Source: Candidatus Micrarchaeota archaeon
Lineage (GTDB): Archaea > Micrarchaeota > Micrarchaeia > Norongarragalinales > SBBD01
Assembly (NCBI GenBank): GCA_043813365.1
Contig: JBDRLB010000002.1
Coordinates: 1-30,399, forward strand
Direction of reading: 5' to 3'
Length of the DNA: 30,399 nucleotides
Shown here in pieces: positions 26,612 to 30,399 of the stretch. A program made the position numbers and the translations under genes. The notes below the pieces were generated by a model. That model was given only the letters and a program-made list of their open reading frames with translations, made no database searches and was not told where the DNA came from. How positions within the stretch are numbered: position 1 is the stretch's first letter; each line of letters begins with the position of its first letter.

Positions 26612-27091
26612 ATGAACTTTCCTACAATAGCGGCAATTGTCGTGCTAGTATTGGCATTTGCCGGGACGTATGCGATGAGCATTGATTTCGCAACGGGAAA
26701 GGCAAAGGCGGATTCCGGAATCATCAACCCGCCGTATGCCTTCGTGCCAGGTGAACTCATATCCACACTCAACGCATATTTCTTCGTGTTTGTTTTTTCA
26801 CTGCTTTTCTTCGGGTATTCCGCACCCATAGCAACCGGAATCGAGGGAGCCAAGTATGCATCGATGCTTTCGCATGGGGTTATTGGGATTTTTGACCTGA
26901 TTTTTATCATACCCCAGTTGCTGGGCGCATATTCTGCGGTGCTGTTGGGGCAGGGGGTAGTGGATGATATTGAGGGAAAGAGCATTTTTGAGAATTGGAA
27001 CAGGGCGCTAAGGTTCTTTTTGGTGGGGTTGGGGCTGATGATTTTCCTGTTTTTTGTGCGGAGCGCTCTGACCGGTTCAGTCCTCAAATGA
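26612..27091 (+). CDS. Integral membrane protein (SpoIIM-like)
   Basis: Four hydrophobic segments. N..F.FVFSLLFFG and IPQLLGAYSAVLLG resemble SpoIIM/DUF95 proteins. Confidence 0.6.
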   Translation: MNFPTIAAIVVLVLAFAGTYAMSIDFATGKAKADSGIINPPYAFVPGELISTLNAYFFVFVFSLLFFGYSAPIATGIEGAKYASMLSHGVIGIFDLIFIIPQLLGAYSAVLLGQGVVDDIEGKSIFENWNRALRFFLVGLGLMIFLFFVRSALTGSVLK

Positions 27092-28486
27092 TGGAATCGA
27101 TAGCCAGCAGAATTCATTGGGCTTTGCGGCATCTACCTGATTGGTTGTGTCCGGGTCTACGAACTTCACCATCAGGTGATTGCTGCCGCCGAGTCTGTTG
27201 ATATATGCGCAGTAGGTTGATGGATTATTTTCGGGGCATGCTCTCGGCGTTATTCCGAATGCTTCGGTGTATTCGGCATTTTGGGGATCATTCATAATGT
27301 CGGCGCATTTAACGAATGTTTGGGAGTTGATTTGGATTTGGGTTTCCAGATTTGCGGGGGCTTGTGCTTCCTGGCAGGCCCTTTCAAGCACCCCGCCCGC
27401 ACCCAGGAAAATTTGACCAAATCCTTTTTCAGCCAAATCCAAATCCGAATATGAACCGTCGTCAAAGGTGCCGTAAGTTGTGGAGAAGTGTGGGTAGGTG
27501 AGAGATTTGCAGCCGCTTGTTCCGCCAGTGCAGCTGCCTTCGATTATGCCGCGACGCGCGCCTATTTCACCTCCGACATTCAGCTTGTCATCGCGGCCGT
27601 TCGGGCCGTATGCGAGGTAATGGTTCGCCCGGAGAGCTGCATCCAAATATTTGAAAAGCGGGTAGCTTATGGGGGCATTGTAATCCAGGTCTGTAATTGC
27701 GCCGGCACGGATGCGGTTCCCTGCAGAATCCGACGCATAAACCCTTGGGAACCTCGAAAATACTAGGTCATTTTGAACGGAAACCCGCACGAAAAATTGG
27801 CCGCCATCTTCGCAGCCGGGAACGACTTGCAGGCAGTTGCCGCTTGCATCAAAACTGGAGCAGCATTGGAAGGCGCCTGTTTCGGAATAATTCTTGCAAT
27901 CTATTTCCACGCCCGAAATTAGTTTTTCGCAGAGGTCGGTGCCATCGTCTATGGATAGATCATTATAGCCGATGAGGTTGAGGAAAGCCTCGGTATTGGA
28001 GGCAGTGAGGTTGACGCCTTCAAAACTCCGCTGGTCGGCGATGATTGTCGCCCACGTGGCAATGCCGAAGAGGTAATCCGCTTTTTTTGAGCAAACCACT
28101 GTCTTTACCAGGCTTGAGGCGCGGTCGCAGAGGAAGCGTTTTTCCTCGTTTTCATCAAGAATGCCGTTGCCGTCGTCATATTTCTCAATGATTTTTGCAT
28201 CCACTACCGGATCGAGGCTTCTTTGCGTGCTTATTGGAGCGAAATTGAACCAGCATTGGGAGGTGAGCCCGTATTCTATGTTCCGTTGGAGGCCGATGTT
28301 GAAAACCGAACCCATATCCGTGCGGTAGATTTCAACAAGCGACACGAGCCGGTTATGGTAGGCTCCGCTCACTGTTTCCGCTACCGCGGCCGTTTCGGAG
28401 GAATTGAAATTGATTATTACGAGGATGCTGACTAGGAAAACTAACGTCCCGAGGAGTGGTGCGGCGATGAATGCTTTTGTGCGCAT
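27077..28486 (-). CDS. Large Cys-rich exported/surface protein, possibly pilin-like
   Basis: N-terminal KA|FI plus a hydrophobic helix, 16 Cys, Asp/Gly/Asn-rich, and a DDGNGILD Ca-loop-like motif. Confidence 0.75.
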   Translation of the reverse strand: MRTKAFIAAPLLGTLVFLVSILVIINFNSSETAAVAETVSGAYHNRLVSLVEIYRTDMGSVFNIGLQRNIEYGLTSQCWFNFAPISTQRSLDPVVDAKIIEKYDDGNGILDENEEKRFLCDRASSLVKTVVCSKKADYLFGIATWATIIADQRSFEGVNLTASNTEAFLNLIGYNDLSIDDGTDLCEKLISGVEIDCKNYSETGAFQCCSSFDASGNCLQVVPGCEDGGQFFVRVSVQNDLVFSRFPRVYASDSAGNRIRAGAITDLDYNAPISYPLFKYLDAALRANHYLAYGPNGRDDKLNVGGEIGARRGIIEGSCTGGTSGCKSLTYPHFSTTYGTFDDGSYSDLDLAEKGFGQIFLGAGGVLERACQEAQAPANLETQIQINSQTFVKCADIMNDPQNAEYTEAFGITPRACPENNPSTYCAYINRLGGSNHLMVKFVDPDTTNQVDAAKPNEFCWLSIPSFED

Positions 28487-28602
28487 ACGCGGATTAGGGG
28501 GAGGCAGGATAAAAGGGTTTTGAATTTTGCTGCAGCTGTGGGTTTTGCAACAAGCGTTCTTTAACCTTTTTGATCATAATCAATCCTTTCAACGCAAAGG
28601 GC

Positions 28603-28675
28603 GGGCCCGTAGTCGAGTGGTTAAGACGTCGCTCTTACACAGCGAAGACCCGGAGTTCGATTCTCCGCGGGCCCA
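28603..28675 (+). tRNA. tRNA-Val(TAC), intronless
   Basis: GGGCCCG/CGGGCCC+A acceptor, TCGCT-CTTACAC-AGCGA anticodon arm and CGGAG-TTCGATT-CTCCG T arm. Confidence 0.97.
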
Positions 28676-28861
28676 TAACGGGGTGTTTTGGCGGAGCAGA
28701 AACCACATAAAATGTTTCTTTTGCGGCGCCATACGCTTTTCTTTCCTAAAGAAAAGCAAGGCGAAGGTTTCCCGCAGGCCCATGGGCGATTGTTTTGGTG
28801 GTGGGGTTTGGGAATGATTTTAAACTCAGGCAGGTAAAGATGTTTGTTACGGGTGGTTTGG

Positions 28862-29335
28862 ATGACGACGGTTGAATCGGTTCTGCTTCAGGGTTTGAGG
28901 CTGTTGCTGGCAATAGTGTTTGCAGTTGCCGCACAGTATCTTGCGATAAAAATATTCGACAGGATGACATCGAAAATTGATGAGATGGAAGAGCTGAAGA
29001 AGGGCAACGCGGCAGTCGGGGTAGTGCTTGCTTCGGTCATACTGTCCGTGGCATTGATAGTTTCCAGTGGGGTGGAAGCGGTCGTGCCAGTTGAGTTCAC
29101 CATGCTCCTTGTTGATTTCTGGAGCAAGCTCCTGTGGGGCGTGCTCAGTTTGATGGTTGCGGTTGCATTCGCGGTCGTTTCCCAGTTCATCGCGTTGAGG
29201 GTGTTTGATTCCATGACTGAGGGGATTGATGAGCAGAAGGAGCTGAAGAGGGGAAACATGGCAATTGCAATACTGCTGGCTGCGGTAATATTCGCAACTG
29301 CACTCATTATCCGTGCGGGCCTGCCAAAATTCTGA
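28862..29335 (+). CDS. Tandem DUF350 membrane protein
   Basis: Two internal repeats: FDRMTSKIDEMEELKKGNAAVG and FDSMTEGIDEQKELKRGNMAIA. Confidence 0.88.
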   Translation: MTTVESVLLQGLRLLLAIVFAVAAQYLAIKIFDRMTSKIDEMEELKKGNAAVGVVLASVILSVALIVSSGVEAVVPVEFTMLLVDFWSKLLWGVLSLMVAVAFAVVSQFIALRVFDSMTEGIDEQKELKRGNMAIAILLAAVIFATALIIRAGLPKF

Positions 29336-29430
29336 TTGTTTTAATTTTAAGCGCAGGCGGTCGTTGCGTTCTGAACACTCGCCTTACTGCGGGGTTTTTC
29401 TTCTTTTTCGCCGTAAGTAACAGGGTTTGA

Positions 29431-30105
29431 ATGACGATTGTTGTGCTGGACTCGTCCAGTTTGATTTCGCTGTCCGAAAGCTGTGTTGCGTCGCTGCTCA
29501 GGCACCTCAAGGAAGGGGGGCGGGCTAGGTTTGCAGCACCAGCCGCCGTGTTTAAGGAGAGTGTTGAAAGGCCGTTGGGGATCAAGAAATATGGTTTTTC
29601 GGCGGTGAGGATCAAGAAGCTGTTTTCCGATGGAACAGTGGAGAGGATCAAGGTAAGGGATGAGAAGACTAGGGAAGTGCTCGGGGCCGCTAATAATTTG
29701 TTTTTTGTTGGGGGGAGGCCGCTTGAGTTGATACAGTTGGGTGAGGCGGAGTGTGTGGCCCTTGTTTCGGGAATGGATGAAAAAGTGATTGTGGTGGATG
29801 AAAAAACCCTGAAGTTATTGGTGGAGGATCCTGAAAAATTGAAGGATGTTTTGAAGAAGGAATATGAGGAGAAGATAGTCATCAAGGAGGAAATGCTCGG
29901 TAAATGGAGAAGTTTGACCCGGGGTATTAAAATCCTGAGGTCTGCTGAAGTAATGGCCGTGGCTGCAAAAGGGGGTTATTTTGCGGGTTTTGGGGAGGAT
30001 GAAAATATTGCGTTCCACTCCGCCATTTACGCATTGAAAGGCTTTGGATGCAGCTTGACACCCCAAGAGCTGCTGGATTTTGAATCTATTTTTGTGGGCC
30101 GGTAG
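29431..30105 (+). CDS. PIN-domain-like protein
   Basis: Acidic PIN-type positions in VVLDSSSLI, KES, LGEAECVAL and IVVDE. Confidence 0.75.
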   Translation: MTIVVLDSSSLISLSESCVASLLRHLKEGGRARFAAPAAVFKESVERPLGIKKYGFSAVRIKKLFSDGTVERIKVRDEKTREVLGAANNLFFVGGRPLELIQLGEAECVALVSGMDEKVIVVDEKTLKLLVEDPEKLKDVLKKEYEEKIVIKEEMLGKWRSLTRGIKILRSAEVMAVAAKGGYFAGFGEDENIAFHSAIYALKGFGCSLTPQELLDFESIFVGR

Positions 30106-30201
30106 ATCAGAGCCCCTCGTTCTGTTTGGATGGTGGGCGGTCAACAGCAGATCGCATCGTTCGCAACGATGAGGCCGCGGGTGCGATTCCCGCCCGGTCC
30201 A
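30096..30201 (+). tRNA. tRNA-Ala(CGC) with a 34-nt D-loop intron at 15/16 (30111..30144)
   Basis: GGGCCGG/CCGGTCC+A acceptor with the G3:U70 Ala determinant, D stem GATC/GATC, CATCG-TTCGCAA-CGATG anticodon arm and GCGGG-TGCGATT-CCCGC T arm. 72 nt after splicing. Confidence 0.9.
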
Positions 30202-30399
30202 TTTTTTATATCATGCAGCGCGAGCCTCAAAAGATTAAAAACAATGGGAGGGGGGAAAACTAACATTGGAGGGAGGGTTGTTCTTGCGCTGGCGCAACAC
30301 CTGCCCCATTTTCGTAAATAAAGGTTGATTTGGTCTGGTATAAAAAATTTGAAGAAAATTTTTTTATATATAATATAAGTAATAATGCTTCACGTGTTG

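Noticed and set aside
29347..29410. GC stem (AGGCG/CGCCT, GCAG/CTGC) followed by a T-rich tract, as a possible sRNA or BHB motif
   Set aside because: Bulge geometry does not fit a BHB and there is no C box. At most this is a terminator-like element.
30130..30321. ORF downstream of the PIN gene (also 28527..28817 and 14775..14999)
   Set aside because: These are spurious translations across tRNA genes.
1..30399. CRISPR array, provirus, or island integrated at a tRNA
   Set aside because: No spaced direct repeats, integrase, transposase or duplicated tRNA ends were seen within the window.

Overview
Archaeal chromosomal segment, most likely DPANN and probably Micrarchaeota-like. This is inferred from archaeal-type information-processing genes, GGTGA ribosome-binding motifs, a short eL43, non-canonical tRNA introns and many lineage-specific orphans. 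In order, the window holds: a 5'-truncated RNase HII; a minus-strand alpha-glucan/glycogen cluster (GT4, small membrane protein, GH57, GT3-like/GT4 glycosyltransferase, wHTH protein, GH133 debranching enzyme); leuS; and SRP54 split in its GTPase P-loop by a 603-aa LAGLIDADG intein carrying extra HTH-like modules. Next come tRNA-Pro(TGG) with a 20-nt T-loop intron and the proteasome/SBDS/exosome/eL43 superoperon, interrupted by two accessory genes, one of them an 8x26-aa Cys-repeat lipoprotein. The rest comprises a divergent ABCE1 lacking one Fe-S cysteine, two class III (pilin-like) genes, a single-OB SSB, an XRE-DRTGG regulator, a large Cys-rich surface protein, tRNA-Val(TAC), DUF350 and PIN proteins, and tRNA-Ala(CGC). 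That tRNA has a 34-nt D-loop intron and an A18/G55 swap, and overlaps the PIN stop codon. No CRISPR array, integrase or transposase was seen. All family calls come from motif recognition by eye, not database searches.
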